Below are positions 63,004-64,000 of a stretch of 64,000 nucleotides of DNA, piece by piece. The notes below the pieces were generated by a model that searched no databases, had not been told where the DNA came from, and was given only the letters and a program-made list of their open reading frames with translations. Every line of letters starts with the position of its first letter. The stretch's first letter is position 1. The position numbers and the translations under genes were made by a program. Source of the DNA: Cetorhinus maximus (lineage: Eukaryota); contig NC_135879.1 of assembly GCF_964194155.1 (NCBI RefSeq), forward strand, positions 76,694,001 to 76,758,000, read 5' to 3'.

Positions 63004-64000
63004 GTAAGTCAATTAAATATAAATAGACAGACGGATGGGAGCAGTTCTATAGCTAGACAATGCTTTGTAAAATGCAAAGTAATGCACTAAATTTTGAATC
63101 CAGTTATTTTTTCAAACACTCCTGTAATGGAGCGTTCAAAAACCACATGTTTAAATAATCACTAATAATTTCAATGCAACGTATATTCTTGATGCTCTTC
63201 AACAGTGTGAGCATATAATTCATTTTCATTCTGCAGGAGTGTCAATGAATACACGCTATGTATTACGATGTGCCTACACTGTAGATTTTAGTATCTGATA
63301 TCACAATGCCAATAAGGCAGAAGTATACTTCCAATTCTGAGCTGGGTTGAAGCACATTTTACTGTACAGTGACAAAATATCATTAAATGGGAATGCATAC
63401 ATCTCTCAGAGCTGAGAGTTATGTTTGATAGGATTTTTCTTCAGAAAGCGTGGCTGTTAAATGAGTTATATGGAACTATACTAGATAGTACAAACATCAT
63501 TTAGAACTCATATATATGATGTTTCATAGTCTACTCTATTTAGATCCCACCTTCAGCCTAAATGATCTGCTCAAGGGTTTCAGATGATATCATAAACCAA
63601 CCATGATGTATTGAATATGAAGATTAATTACAAATATATTTACATAAACTTTTTTTTTTTCTTTCATTTTTTTTGTATAAATAGCATACAGCATTCATGC
63701 TAAGACATGAGAACTAACTTTACAAGGAGTCTTGTCCACTGCACATTGGGGATTTGGACATGTGCTCCCAATGATTTTTCCATCCATCAAAATTAATGCA
63801 TCGAAAATTGTTGGGGGGAGGGGAGGGGTATGTGACTGTCATCTTTCTTTTTTTTGTTTACTGCTTTAGGAAAAATAGATGAAATGTTGGTTTTGTAGCA
63901 GTGGAAAAAAACATTTTCCAACTTTTATATATTGCTTCTCACATCATTTTTGACTTTCACCTTTGGTTCTAATTCCATGACCTTGCTTTCTCAGATGGGA

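Overview
Vertebrate genomic DNA, most likely a shark or other cartilaginous fish (inferred from the CR1/HE1-type LINE-SINE, Harbinger and Penelope repeats; species not determinable). The + strand carries the syntenic block GAR1 - RRH (peropsin) - LRIT3. GAR1 is complete (6 coding exons, 6488-15908, about 220 aa, with one U12-type intron at 8707-10039). RRH is complete (7 exons, 25445-38406, 343 aa, chromophore Lys intact). Only the first coding exon of LRIT3 is present (62888-63003); it is not in the ORF track. Most of the rest is nested transposable elements: CR1 LINEs, SINEs, solo LTRs, Harbinger relics and MITEs, a hAT element and Tx1 fragments. The most interesting non-genic signals are: (1) a near-intact Neptune-type Penelope-like element with a minimal hammerhead-ribozyme motif, plus short and palindromic TSD-flanked derivatives and a second, unrelated hammerhead family; (2) a stack of Tx1-type LINE 3' ends inserted repeatedly at the TATA box of a solo LTR; (3) a 20-bp-phased array with a constant core and variable spacers. 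Exon boundaries were read by eye and checked for frame; repeat boundaries are approximate unless a TSD is quoted. No database searches were run.
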